DNA of 64,000 bases from Candidatus Latescibacterota bacterium (lineage in GTDB: Bacteria > Krumholzibacteriota > Krumholzibacteriia > WVZY01): the NCBI GenBank assembly GCA_963791045.1, contig CAWBQK010000006.1, positions 160,001-224,000 on the forward strand, given 5' to 3'. Shown in pieces: positions 48,801 to 58,696 of the stretch. A program made the position numbers and the translations under genes. The stretch's first letter is position 1. Each line of letters starts with the position of its first letter. The notes beneath the pieces are model-generated. The model made no database searches and was not told the DNA's origin. It saw only the letters and a list, made by a program, of their open reading frames with translations.

Positions 48801-49533
48801 CGGCGAGCGCGTGGGTAACCAGCCACGGCTCGAACCCATACGCGCCGGGGTCTTCCGTTCCGTAATCGGCGGCGGAGAGACATGAGCGCACGAGCCGCGC
48901 GGAAAGCGCCATAACACCGGGCGCCGGTTGCCTGAGACGGAATCCGAACACGCCTGTAAAAATCGGAGACTCGACAAAAGACTCAACCGCACGCGCAAGC
49001 GGGTCGCGGCTGAAACGGGGAAGCGCGAGATCCTGTTCCTGGTCGTGGACGGGTGTGAGCAGACGCTTTATCCATGTCGCCGAAAAACCCTGCCCTTCTT
49101 CATCGGCGCCGTTTGATTGTGGGCTTATATCCGGTGGAAGCAGTACAAGCGGCACGCCGAACCGTGACGCCGCCTCGAGAATCGAATGATTGCAACACCC
49201 GCGTCCCTCGAGACCGCGCGCATGGAGAAAACCATGGACGAAAACCCCGTGATCGTCCTTGCCCTTTTCGAGCGCGGCGTCGAGCGCGTTTGTGCTGCCT
49301 TCGGGCCCAACGCAGAGAACAATCGATTTGCCCGCGAGCCCAGCCCGTTCGAGACCGCGGCATGCCGTCTCGACGACGCCGGGCAGTGTGTCGTCTTCGT
49401 CATAAAATGGTATGCCGACGACGGCCTCGATCCCGTCAAGGTGGGCTACCGGCGCGAGTCCGCGTTCGATATCGTCTTCGATTTGTTTTAACCGGGCCCG
49501 ACGTTTGTCCGTCTTGTGGTTGATCCGCTTCAC
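45834..49533 (-). CDS. ~1200-aa fusion: degenerate glucosyl/mannosylglycerate synthase-like GT-A domain + helical region + GH130-like domain (frameshifted)
   Basis: N-terminal VVGIPFYDE..WIKRLLTPV..LRQP; C-terminal WESRYVLNAAV..YILYRA, EDPR, YMLYTA, NKDAVLYPEK, KVGAGAP; stop at 45834. A single gene is inferred across frameshifts. Confidence 0.72.
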
Positions 49534-49708
49534 GAAACCGCCTCTGTGTTTGTTGATCCCCCGATCGCGGCTTGTCTGGTCTCTATAGCCGGTTATCTTG
49601 CCGAACCGGAGATGCCTAAATCAAGCGGCAAATGCGAAAAATCGAATCTTCGGGGTCCGGCGACAAGCCGTGCGGGACTCAGGAAGTTGTTCAAGTTAAT
49701 CGTTTTAG

Positions 49709-49725
49709 CGCAATAAATGTGCCAC
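49709..49725 (-). promoter_or_regulatory. sigma54 promoter of the GT-GH130 fusion
   Basis: Minus strand GTGGCACATTTATTGCG (TGGCAC-N5-TTGC). Confidence 0.72.
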
Positions 49726-49801
49726 CGGCAAAACGACCCTCGGGCAGACATTCGGGGTTGACTATGTGATCGGGGTATATGCGATACGTATAGCGTTGTT
49801 G

Positions 49802-50755
49802 TTAAACGAGTTGCGGTATTGGGGTCCTGGTGCGCGCGGCGCGGCGATTCGCACCGGCCGCCCGTGCGATCGCCACTCCCGGGGGGCGATTGCCAAAGAT
49901 GGCGAAACGGTTGGTGGAATCGGAGGGTGGTTCCGACGGGCATCGACGTACCAGGCGAGAGGCGAGGTCGGAGAGCGATCCCTTCAAGCGAGGCACAACC
50001 GGGCCTTTGCCCGCGGCGCTTGTGTGGAAACGGTCCACCCGAAATCCCGCGGTGATCAGATGCTTTCGGAGAGACGATGCTTCGCCCGCCAAATTGGTTT
50101 GTCTTATCGACGCGCAAAGGGGCTCGGCAGAATCAAAACCAAACGAGAAACCGCGTTCGGAAAAATCAAAGAGTGTATCAAAGAACAACTCCGGATCGGC
50201 GGTGTCACGGATTCCCGCGCGGGATACAAACACATCGCATTCGATCCCGATTCGTTTGGTATAGAAATGAACGTCCTCGATGTTTCCACAAATATAGTGG
50301 TCGGCTTTGTTGCCCGTCGCACGGCCGACAGCCCGCGCGTCGTCACACAACGCGTCGTCCGGATTCGCGTAGATGATTGTTCCGATATTGCATTCGCGGG
50401 CGATTAGCGAAAGAATTCCAAAACCATCGTTGAAAGCGACAAGAGTGAGATCGCTGAACGGTTTATCGTCAACGGGGAGCGCCCACGCGAATGTCTGCGC
50501 CGCTCGTTCGATTGCCGATCGAAGCGTCCACCGGGCGCGAGGCAAACGTGAAAAGCGGCCAGGCGAAAGTGGGTCCGTCCCCTCCTGTTTCGCGCAGGGG
50601 ATTTCAAAAAGGATCTTTCTTGAGGCCTCGGTGAGAGAGAGGTTTTCGCCGTCGAGATGGGCGAGCTTATCGCTCACAGAAAAAATGGCGGCGCTCACCA
50701 CGCCGGCGAGATCGCGGTCCTTGGGGTAATCTGTAAATCCTCTAAAAATTCGCAT
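49802..50755 (-). CDS. Hypothetical protein, possibly degenerate class I methyltransferase-like fold (start uncertain)
   Basis: Long ORF filling the gap; LTLVAFNDGFGILSL.. and CDVFVS segments loosely resemble methyltransferase motifs. Confidence 0.5.
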   Translation of the reverse strand: MRIFRGFTDYPKDRDLAGVVSAAIFSVSDKLAHLDGENLSLTEASRKILFEIPCAKQEGTDPLSPGRFSRLPRARWTLRSAIERAAQTFAWALPVDDKPFSDLTLVAFNDGFGILSLIARECNIGTIIYANPDDALCDDARAVGRATGNKADHYICGNIEDVHFYTKRIGIECDVFVSRAGIRDTADPELFFDTLFDFSERGFSFGFDSAEPLCASIRQTNLAGEASSLRKHLITAGFRVDRFHTSAAGKGPVVPRLKGSLSDLASRLVRRCPSEPPSDSTNRFAIFGNRPPGVAIARAAGANRRAARTRTPIPQLV

Positions 50756-50824
50756 AGATTGCCTGATCGGCGGCGTTTGAGTGCAGTGCAATTTTGGCCA
50801 TTCATGGCCGATAAGCGTGAAAAG

Positions 50825-50841
50825 CGCAATTAATATGCCAG
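50825..50841 (-). promoter_or_regulatory. sigma54 promoter of the hypothetical gene
   Basis: Minus strand CTGGCATATTAATTGCG (GG-N10-GC). Confidence 0.68.
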
Positions 50842-50923
50842 GGTGGTGGGTTCGGTGGGGACGACGAAATTTTGGATGTGAGGGCGAGCGTTGCTGCAGA
50901 TTGTTCTGCTGTGTAACTGGTTG

Positions 50924-51146
50924 TCATAAAACCCGGTACGGAGTTGTCGAGGGTCCGAGACCCGTGAGATGGTGCTTTGCATTCTCGAGTAACACGAGAT
51001 CCTTGTCCGCCGTTTTCCAGAATTCGAGGAATTTGCGGTAGTTTGCGATGGCCAACCTCGTGTCGCCCTTCCGCTCGTACACCTGCCCGAGGAGAAAGTA
51101 GCTGGGGACATACTCGGTCGTAAGCACGCCCGACCAATTTGCCGGG
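50924..51146 (-). pseudogene. C-terminal remnant of a TPR protein
   Basis: SYFLLGQVYERKGDTRLAIANYRKFLEFWKTADKDLVLLENAK resembles the end of kinase-TPR proteins; no credible N-terminus. Confidence 0.6.
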
Positions 51147-51222
51147 GCGCATTTACAAAAATATGCTAAGCTGTCCCACCCTTCACAATAAACATGAGTC
51201 AACTGAAACGAAAAGACGAGTT

Positions 51223-51810
51223 GTGAAAAAGATAACATTGTTTGCGGCGGCGATGATTGTCGTCGCGGTGGGATGTGCAAAAAAGGACGTCGTCAAGGAC
51301 GCGCAGCCGGAGCAACCGGTCGAAGCCATCGAACCGGCCGATTCGACGCCGGTCGCAATAGATTTCCATGCGAACATATCCGTCATAGATGTTTTCGACG
51401 ATCGTTCCGGTGTCGAAGAACCGGATCGGCTGCTCCACATGCCCGACTGGACTATCGTCGGGCAGAAGGACGTCATAAGACCGGCGCTTCTCGATGAACA
51501 CAGAGAGATCATCAGTGGGGAAACACAAAGTTATTTCTCGCCGGGGACGAAAACGGTTTCGGTGGAGGTTTACGTGTTGGAGGGGAAGCAGTCTTATCTC
51601 GCCGGTGAACGCAAGGAAACGATTACTGCCGAGTTCAGAGTCAGAATCGAGATCGCTAATCTCGATGCCGTGCACGACGTGAAAACGGCCACGGGGTACG
51701 CCTCGATCGACAAAGAAGAGCTCGAAATCAACTACCAGGACGTCCACGCGCTCTACGAAGAGGCGATCCGCGCGAGCATCCGCAACGCTCTTGGTCACAT
51801 CGAGGATTAG
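51223..51810 (+). CDS. Hypothetical lipoprotein
   Basis: MKKITLFAAAMIVVAVGC lipoprotein signal (GTG start). Confidence 0.7.
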   Translation: MKKITLFAAAMIVVAVGCAKKDVVKDAQPEQPVEAIEPADSTPVAIDFHANISVIDVFDDRSGVEEPDRLLHMPDWTIVGQKDVIRPALLDEHREIISGETQSYFSPGTKTVSVEVYVLEGKQSYLAGERKETITAEFRVRIEIANLDAVHDVKTATGYASIDKEELEINYQDVHALYEEAIRASIRNALGHIED

Positions 51811-51823
51811 CCCCGCGCTGGAC

Positions 51824-54685
51824 TCACTTGCCCCGGAGTTCTCCGAGGTCGGGTTCGCCGCAGTGCTTGAGGATGTATTCTCTCGATCGTGAACGAAGCT
51901 TGACCGCGATCGCCCACGTATCGGCTTCCGGGCTGTCCTTCCTCACTTCCGCCGGTTCTATGATTTCACCAACATCGATGGTCACTGTGGTCCGCCGGAT
52001 CAAATAAGAATCCGGGCGGAGAATCGACCGGGTGCCGCGGATTGCGAGAGGAACGATGGGCAGGTTGGCGTCCGCCGCCGCGGCGAATGCGCCCATCTTG
52101 AAGGGACGGAGTCCCGGCCGCCGTTCCATCCCACCCTCCGGATAGAACATGAGTGTGCGTCCTTCGCGGGCGTGGCGAACGATCCGCCTTGCGTCGGCGG
52201 TTCCACGCTGCTTGTCGAACCGGTCGACAAACTCGGTGCGAAGGCGCGTGAGGTAATGGCGAAGTATGAAGTTGTTCTTCAGTTCCGCTTTGGCGACGAA
52301 CGAAACCGGGACGGGGAGCGCTGCACACAAAACAAAACTGTCGAGATAGCTTGCGTGGTTCGAGACGATCACGGAGTGCCGGTCCCGTGGAATGTTTTCC
52401 GTGCCGCGAACGACGAAGGGCGTCCGCGTGGCGCGGAGCATCGCGCCAGCGGCCCAACGGACCGCTTTCCATCGATCTTCAAAACGTGGAGCGACGGTGA
52501 TGGCGACCAAAGAGCACAGCCAGAAAAATGTCGCCACGCTGACGGCATACACGGCAAAAATACTCTCCGACACGCGCCGCCAAAAACGGTGAAAAGAGGG
52601 GATGAGGCCCGCCGCTGTCAACCGCGCCATCTGCCACCATACGGCCCGCGCCGGTTTGCCGATGTCGCCGCGCTCGTAGAGTTCCCGGCTGGCGGATCGG
52701 CGGATTTTTCCGCTCGATGTTTTCAAGACGGAGCCGCGCGGAGCGAGCACCACATCGTCGGGGGGCAGTCCAACGACGTCATTGGTGAGAGCGTAAATAT
52801 CTTTTTGGATTTGCTCGAGCGCCGCGGGATCCTTCTCGTTGGTTTCCGCCACGATCACGAGCCGTTCGGTTCCCGATTCGTAGTCGGTCGATCCAAATAC
52901 GGCGACGTTCCCCTTGCGAATACCGCCGACACCGCTCACGGCCGCTTCGAGTTCCTGGGGGTAAATATTCCGGCCGGCGCGAATGATCACGTCCTTGGAG
53001 CGCCCGGTAACATAAACGTCCCCATTGGATATGTACCCGAGATCTCCGGACTCCAGCCACTCGCCGTCAAAAAGCCGTTCTGTCGCCTCTTTGTTTCTGT
53101 AGTAGCCGCTTGTTGTCGACGGGCCCTTGAACTGTAGCCGGCCTTCACGCCCGTCGGGTAGTTCGCTTCCGCCGGAGTCGACTATGCGGACATCATGGCC
53201 GGCGAGCGGGCGGCCGCACGCGACAAACTGAATTGCCGTTCCGTCATCCGGTTCCGCCGGCAACGCATGCCCCTCGAGAGTAAATGGTTCCCGCTGGATG
53301 CGCGCGACGATCGGCGGTCTGCCGTACGGAGGGAAGGTCAGACCGACCGAACTTTCCGCCAGTCCATAAACCGGCATAAGCGTTTCCGGGCGAAAGCCGA
53401 TATGCGCGAATCTCTCGATAAAGCGTTCTACCGTATCGGGACTGACCGGTTCGGCTCCGTTGCATGCCACACGCCACGAACTCAGGTCCAGGTCTTTGAC
53501 CTGTTCGTCGCGCAGTCTGTGTAGACAGATTTCGTATGCGAAGTTGGGCGCGGCCGAGAGCGTCCCCCGGTAACGGTGGATTGCCGTAAACCATCGTTCG
53601 GGGCGTCCGATGAAATCGATTGGCGACATGATGACCAGGTGAGATGCGAAGTACAGACTACAGAACCAACCCCCAATCAAACCCATGTCATGATAAAGCG
53701 GGAGCCAGCTCACGGCGATATCTGTCGAATCCATGTTTGTACGGTCGCCTATTGCGCGGATATTCGCGAGCAGGTTCGCGTGCGTAAGGATGACGCCTTT
53801 CGGATTGCCGGTGCTCCCCGAAGTGTATTGCAGGAACGCGATGTCGTCGGCTCCCGTGTCGGGCCGTTCGTAGGTTTCTGATCCCTCAAAAAGATCTTCC
53901 GGGGTCAGAACGTGTTGCAGTGATTCAACGCGGGGTTTCATCAACTTGCCAAACCGGAGGACCTCGGGGACGGTAACGAGCGCAACCGCCGCGCAGTTCT
54001 GGAGTATGGATTCATGCCGCCGAAGATGTTCTTCGATCTGGGATGGACGGGAGGGCGGGTAGAGTGGCACGGGGATCCCGCCGGCGAGAAGCACCCCCGC
54101 GAAACAATAAAAGTATTCCTTTGTCGGCGGGAGCATCAATGCCACCGGTTCGCCCGTTTTGAGCCCTTGTTTGAAAAAACTGCCGGCGACACGCGCGCCG
54201 TTTTCTTTCAAGTCTTTGAAAGTGATGACCTCTCCATCGCCGTTGTCCTGATAGAAACGAATGTGCGGCCGATCGGGGTGGTGCGCGACATGCCAGTCGA
54301 GGACCTCGACAAGCGTTGTCGCCGTCCGCGGCGCCTCTTCCGCGTCTCCGAGGTCAACGGGAGCGGCTTTGAGCGTTTTCTTGTTGCGCGAGCCCGACTG
54401 GGCGCTCTGGATGGTTCGAAGGAGATCTCGCGGCGTTTCCGCGTCGGCAAACGCGCGTTCGGGGAGCGTCACCCCGAAACGATCCTCGACACGCGGCAGG
54501 AGTTCAAGCCGTGCGAGACTGTCGAGGCCGATTTCATTATCGATAGAACTGTCAATTGTGATACGGGCCGAAGGCGGCCGGTGCGGGTGGAGTTCGCGCG
54601 TAAGCTCATCGAGAAGCCGAAGCAGTGTTTCGGCCCGTGTGTCTCGATCGTTGGCGCCATCTTTTGTGTTCGGGTCGTCGGGCAT
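51824..54685 (-). CDS. ACP + fatty acyl-AMP ligase-like + PlsC acyltransferase fusion
   Basis: GLDSLARLEL (Ppant serine); LQYTSGSTGNPKG, WLPLYHDMGLIG, YGLAE, SGDLG, KTSSGKIRR; NHASYLD, FYPEG. Confidence 0.92.
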   Translation of the reverse strand: MPDDPNTKDGANDRDTRAETLLRLLDELTRELHPHRPPSARITIDSSIDNEIGLDSLARLELLPRVEDRFGVTLPERAFADAETPRDLLRTIQSAQSGSRNKKTLKAAPVDLGDAEEAPRTATTLVEVLDWHVAHHPDRPHIRFYQDNGDGEVITFKDLKENGARVAGSFFKQGLKTGEPVALMLPPTKEYFYCFAGVLLAGGIPVPLYPPSRPSQIEEHLRRHESILQNCAAVALVTVPEVLRFGKLMKPRVESLQHVLTPEDLFEGSETYERPDTGADDIAFLQYTSGSTGNPKGVILTHANLLANIRAIGDRTNMDSTDIAVSWLPLYHDMGLIGGWFCSLYFASHLVIMSPIDFIGRPERWFTAIHRYRGTLSAAPNFAYEICLHRLRDEQVKDLDLSSWRVACNGAEPVSPDTVERFIERFAHIGFRPETLMPVYGLAESSVGLTFPPYGRPPIVARIQREPFTLEGHALPAEPDDGTAIQFVACGRPLAGHDVRIVDSGGSELPDGREGRLQFKGPSTTSGYYRNKEATERLFDGEWLESGDLGYISNGDVYVTGRSKDVIIRAGRNIYPQELEAAVSGVGGIRKGNVAVFGSTDYESGTERLVIVAETNEKDPAALEQIQKDIYALTNDVVGLPPDDVVLAPRGSVLKTSSGKIRRSASRELYERGDIGKPARAVWWQMARLTAAGLIPSFHRFWRRVSESIFAVYAVSVATFFWLCSLVAITVAPRFEDRWKAVRWAAGAMLRATRTPFVVRGTENIPRDRHSVIVSNHASYLDSFVLCAALPVPVSFVAKAELKNNFILRHYLTRLRTEFVDRFDKQRGTADARRIVRHAREGRTLMFYPEGGMERRPGLRPFKMGAFAAAADANLPIVPLAIRGTRSILRPDSYLIRRTTVTIDVGEIIEPAEVRKDSPEADTWAIAVKLRSRSREYILKHCGEPDLGELRGK

Positions 54686-54686
54686 C

Positions 54687-54923
54687 TCAAAAAAGTTTGA
54701 GAAGAAGAATGATTACGACTACCAGCGCGGCGCCGCCGATGAGCAGCGTCATCTTGTTCGATCCTTGCCGCTGTGGACGGTTTCTGAATTTGACCACCGG
54801 TATGTCCGGTTTGCCGGTGCCCTTGTGTTCGGGTCCTCGAGAACTCATCGATTCCGCGGCGCTGCCTCCGCGCGGATCATCAACGTCATCGACATGAAAA
54901 TCTTCTTGCCGTTTGTCGCTCAT
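54687..54923 (-). CDS. Small protein with C-terminal TM helix
   Basis: Tightly packed between DASS and ligase genes; C-terminal LLIGGAALVVVIILLL. Confidence 0.5.
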   Translation of the reverse strand: MSDKRQEDFHVDDVDDPRGGSAAESMSSRGPEHKGTGKPDIPVVKFRNRPQRQGSNKMTLLIGGAALVVVIILLLKLF

Positions 54924-54932
54924 TACCAGCCT

Positions 54933-56363
54933 CTACATTATATTGAGAACTCCAAAGGCAATATAAAGCACGGCGAACATTACAACAATGCCGATCACGG
55001 AAACAATTGTACCATATTTGGCCATGTCCTTGGTTTCGATAACCTGGGTGGCAAACGCGATCGCATTGGGTGGTGTGCTTATCGGGAGGCTCATCGCCAG
55101 CGAACAGGCAAGAGCGATAGCGACCGCGCCGAGCACCGGCGAGAACACACCCAGCGAAACGGCGATCGGGACCATAAGGTTGGCCGCGGCCGTGTTGCTC
55201 ATAAAGTTCGATATGACGACGGAGAAGACCGCCATCACAACGAGGAGTGCGATCGCCGGCATCGGAGTCGCTGAGATGTACCCTACGAGGACATCGGAGA
55301 GTCCCGTTTGTTTCATCGCGACGCCGAGTGTCAGTCCACCCGCTATGAGGATCAACACGTGCCATTCGATCTGTTTTAAGTCCTCGCGGCCGATGATGCC
55401 GAACATGGTAAACACCATGATGGGAATCATCGCGACGACGGCCGACGGTATGTGAAACAACGGGCCGGTGAGCCACAAGAACACAGTCACCATAAACGTG
55501 ACGACGACAACGACCAGATCCCATGTGAGTTTGAGGTTGTCCGGGAAAAGCATCTCAAAGTTGTCGGTCCTCGGTTTAAAAATCTTGATCAGAAGATACC
55601 AAAGGGCAAACAACATTACTGCGACGATCGGGACCGCGACGATCATCCACCTCACAAACGAAACCGGATGCCCGAGTTGGCCAAGAACCGATGCGGCGAC
55701 GGCGTTCGGCGGCGTGCCGATGATTGTTCCCATTCCACCGATATTGGCGGCAAACGGAACGGCCAGCACGATCGCCTTCTTGAACGGGTCGCGGTTCTCA
55801 AAACGTTTAAAAAGAGGGCCCATGATCGCAACCATCATCGCCGCCGTGGCTGTGTTCGACATGAACATCGAGAACGCGGCCGTCGTGAGGATAACGCCGA
55901 GGAGAACCATCTTTGGATGCGTGCCAAACGGCTTGATGAATGCTTTCGCGAGACGCACGTCAAGACCGTGTTTGGCCGCCGCCACGGCGAGAATAAAGCC
56001 GCCAAAAAATAAAACGAGCACCGGGCTCGCGATCGGGTTCAAGAATATTTGATAACTGGTGGTGATGCCGGTCGATTGAAGGTGAAGCGGTCCTTCGGGT
56101 TGTCCGAGAAGATAAACGCAAAGTACGATTACCATCGTTGCTGTTGCGAAAGGCGGGATCGCTTCGGTGACCCAGAGGCCGGCAGCGCCGACAAAAATCA
56201 TAAGGCAAATTCGCGACGCTTCGGTCAGCCCCTCGAGCGGCAGATAACCGGATGCAATGGTGATCGCAAGAACCGCGAGCACCTTAACGATTGGCCGCCA
56301 CTTGACGGTCAGAAGGATATTGCCATTTTTGTCGAAATTTATCTCGTGTGGCATGATTCCCAT
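54933..56363 (-). CDS. DASS/SLC13 family anion symporter
   Basis: LWVTEAIP, two MSNT motifs, IGTPPN, STPPNAI. Confidence 0.93.
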   Translation of the reverse strand: MGIMPHEINFDKNGNILLTVKWRPIVKVLAVLAITIASGYLPLEGLTEASRICLMIFVGAAGLWVTEAIPPFATATMVIVLCVYLLGQPEGPLHLQSTGITTSYQIFLNPIASPVLVLFFGGFILAVAAAKHGLDVRLAKAFIKPFGTHPKMVLLGVILTTAAFSMFMSNTATAAMMVAIMGPLFKRFENRDPFKKAIVLAVPFAANIGGMGTIIGTPPNAVAASVLGQLGHPVSFVRWMIVAVPIVAVMLFALWYLLIKIFKPRTDNFEMLFPDNLKLTWDLVVVVVTFMVTVFLWLTGPLFHIPSAVVAMIPIMVFTMFGIIGREDLKQIEWHVLILIAGGLTLGVAMKQTGLSDVLVGYISATPMPAIALLVVMAVFSVVISNFMSNTAAANLMVPIAVSLGVFSPVLGAVAIALACSLAMSLPISTPPNAIAFATQVIETKDMAKYGTIVSVIGIVVMFAVLYIAFGVLNIM

Positions 56364-56550
56364 CCCCTCACTCTAATACCCACAAACGTGTGCTCAAAAA
56401 AGCGGAGAAAAGCAAAAAAGGAGGATAGCACCAAAAAGACGCCAGTCAAGCCGGATCACAAGGTTTTTCGTGCCTTCCAACAAAAGTCTCGCCGGCGCGA
56501 AAAGAGTGTAACTGATTGTTGTTAGGTTTGATACGGCAAGACCTCGGTCG

Positions 56551-58686
56551 TCACGTTTTACGCTTGGCCGAGAACACGCCGTTCGGCTGGATGAACACCG
56601 CTTCGGTCACCGCGCCGTTGTCGATCACAAAGCGGATGCTGGCGCCCTCTGCGCCTTTGAGTGTGAACTCGGTCCCCATGAAGGGCTCGAGATCGTATCT
56701 CGGCTGGCCCGGGACGGTGACGGCGAGCGCGTGGCCGCCTTTGATTTCTACCGTCACGGCAATGCCCATAAGATCGTATTCTCCGACGAACTGCTCGAGA
56801 AAGTCGCGTTCGAACATTTCCCGCGGAGGTTCTTTGTCGAACTCGATGGCGGCAACCGTTTGTTCGAGGGTTATGGCAAGCTTGTCCAGGTCGCCGTTGA
56901 GGTTGTTCAGAAATGAAAACTTGAGACCGTCAAACGGTTCCTCCGACGCGCGAAAAACATCGAAATGCCAGTGTTTGAGATTGGACGACATTCCGTTGAA
57001 AGTGACTTTGAGGGCTTCTGCGTTTTTGGTTATTTGTATCTGGCCGTACCCCGGGTGTTTGTAGTCGCCGACGTAGTCGTCGAGGTCGTGCGACGGATGC
57101 GTGTCCTTTTTTCTGTTGATATCTTCAAGAGCTTCCGTTTCGTCCTGCGCCCCTTCGAGTTGCGACCACACCAGTTTGTAGCGGCCGTTCCAGTCGGTCT
57201 CCTCAAAACCGAGGAGTCGGTCAAAAATACTGAACGCGAGAGGGATGGGGAGCGGTGTACCGTTCTTGTTGGAAAGCAATACGACGCCGACGTTGTCATC
57301 GGGCATAAACGCGACCATCGCGGAGAACCCGTCGATGTTGCCGCCGTGGTGGATCAATTCGTGCCCACGGTACGGCTGAACAAACCACCCGAGTCCGTAC
57401 ATCATGTGGGGAAGCTCGGGCTGTTTGAGGAGCTGTGCGAACATCCCTCCGGTGACGATAGCGTGCGGGCGATGGAGCTCGGCCATGGTCGCCGGCGTAG
57501 CGAGCTGGACGTCGCCGTATGCTCCCTTGTTGAGTTGAAGAAGAACCCACCTGGCCATGTCGTGTGCGCTCGAATTGATCGATCCCGCGGGTCCCACCGT
57601 ATCGATATTTCTGAACGGCATCAGCTCGAGCTCTTTCTCCTTGGTGTCTTTATTTTCCTTTTCCTCGTATCCATACGCGTGGTCCTGCGAGCGCTGCATT
57701 ACATCGACCGAGACATTGCTGTTATCCATTCCCAACGGATCGAAGATCCGGTTGGCAACGAGGTATTCCCAGCTCGTTCCTGTTACCTGTCCGGCCAGAT
57801 AGCCTGCCGTCATAAACATCAGGTTCTGGTACTGGAAGACGGTCCTGAAGTCCTCGTTGGGTTCGAGATATTTGAGCCGGCTGAAAATCTCCTCGCGGGA
57901 CGCCGTCGATCCGTACCACATGAGGTCATGACGCGGAAGTCCCGAACGATGGCAGAGAAGGTCACGCGGTGTCATCCGTTCGCTTGCGAAATCATCATCG
58001 AGTTCGAACGAGGGAAGATAGGTCCGGACGGGTTCATTCCAGTCGATGACGCCCTGTTCGACGAGCATTCCGAGCGTAAGCGACGTAAACGCTTTCGACG
58101 ACGAACCAATGGCGAACTGGGTGTTCTCTGTGACGGGGAGCTTTTTCTCAATGTCGCGCAGTCCGTAACCTTTTACGAGGATCGGCTCGCCGTCTTTTAC
58201 GATCGCCACACCCAGGCCGGGGACGTTCCATGTCTTCATAGTTTCTTCGATGAGAGCGTCTATGTTTTCGAGCGCATCGCCCGTTGAAGGACCGGCCCGA
58301 CCCGCGGCGTCACCCTTTCGTTCGAGAGAGAAGGGAAACGACTGCCCTCCCTGGGTGAAGTCGCCCTGAATTGTCGCGCCGTCATCGGAGAGTGTTCCGT
58401 TGAATGTCGGTTCACCGGGTGGGCCGACAATTCCAAACGTCACTTTCGCGCCGTCGATAGATACGTCCCGCAGTTCGAGCCCTTTCGCCCCCTGGAGCGG
58501 GATGTCGATGGTACCCGCCCAGGTCCCGTCATCGTTTTGCGTGATGTCGACGAGAACATCGAGCGCCTGGCCGGGAAGTTGGATGGGCCCCTCCCAGTGA
58601 CCGGCAAGTGTGGTCCCGGTCGCCGAGACCGGCATCAGGATTGTTACGAGCAACAACGAAAACGTGACGGCGATAACGCGAAGCAT
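56551..58686 (-). CDS. Exported serine hydrolase, beta-lactamase/S12 family, with DUF3471-like C-terminus
   Basis: IGSSSKAF (SxxK), YQN, HGGNIDGF; signal peptide; YVGDY.HPGYG. Confidence 0.9.
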   Translation of the reverse strand: MLRVIAVTFSLLLVTILMPVSATGTTLAGHWEGPIQLPGQALDVLVDITQNDDGTWAGTIDIPLQGAKGLELRDVSIDGAKVTFGIVGPPGEPTFNGTLSDDGATIQGDFTQGGQSFPFSLERKGDAAGRAGPSTGDALENIDALIEETMKTWNVPGLGVAIVKDGEPILVKGYGLRDIEKKLPVTENTQFAIGSSSKAFTSLTLGMLVEQGVIDWNEPVRTYLPSFELDDDFASERMTPRDLLCHRSGLPRHDLMWYGSTASREEIFSRLKYLEPNEDFRTVFQYQNLMFMTAGYLAGQVTGTSWEYLVANRIFDPLGMDNSNVSVDVMQRSQDHAYGYEEKENKDTKEKELELMPFRNIDTVGPAGSINSSAHDMARWVLLQLNKGAYGDVQLATPATMAELHRPHAIVTGGMFAQLLKQPELPHMMYGLGWFVQPYRGHELIHHGGNIDGFSAMVAFMPDDNVGVVLLSNKNGTPLPIPLAFSIFDRLLGFEETDWNGRYKLVWSQLEGAQDETEALEDINRKKDTHPSHDLDDYVGDYKHPGYGQIQITKNAEALKVTFNGMSSNLKHWHFDVFRASEEPFDGLKFSFLNNLNGDLDKLAITLEQTVAAIEFDKEPPREMFERDFLEQFVGEYDLMGIAVTVEIKGGHALAVTVPGQPRYDLEPFMGTEFTLKGAEGASIRFVIDNGAVTEAVFIQPNGVFSAKRKT

Positions 58687-58696
58687 GGCAGACTCC

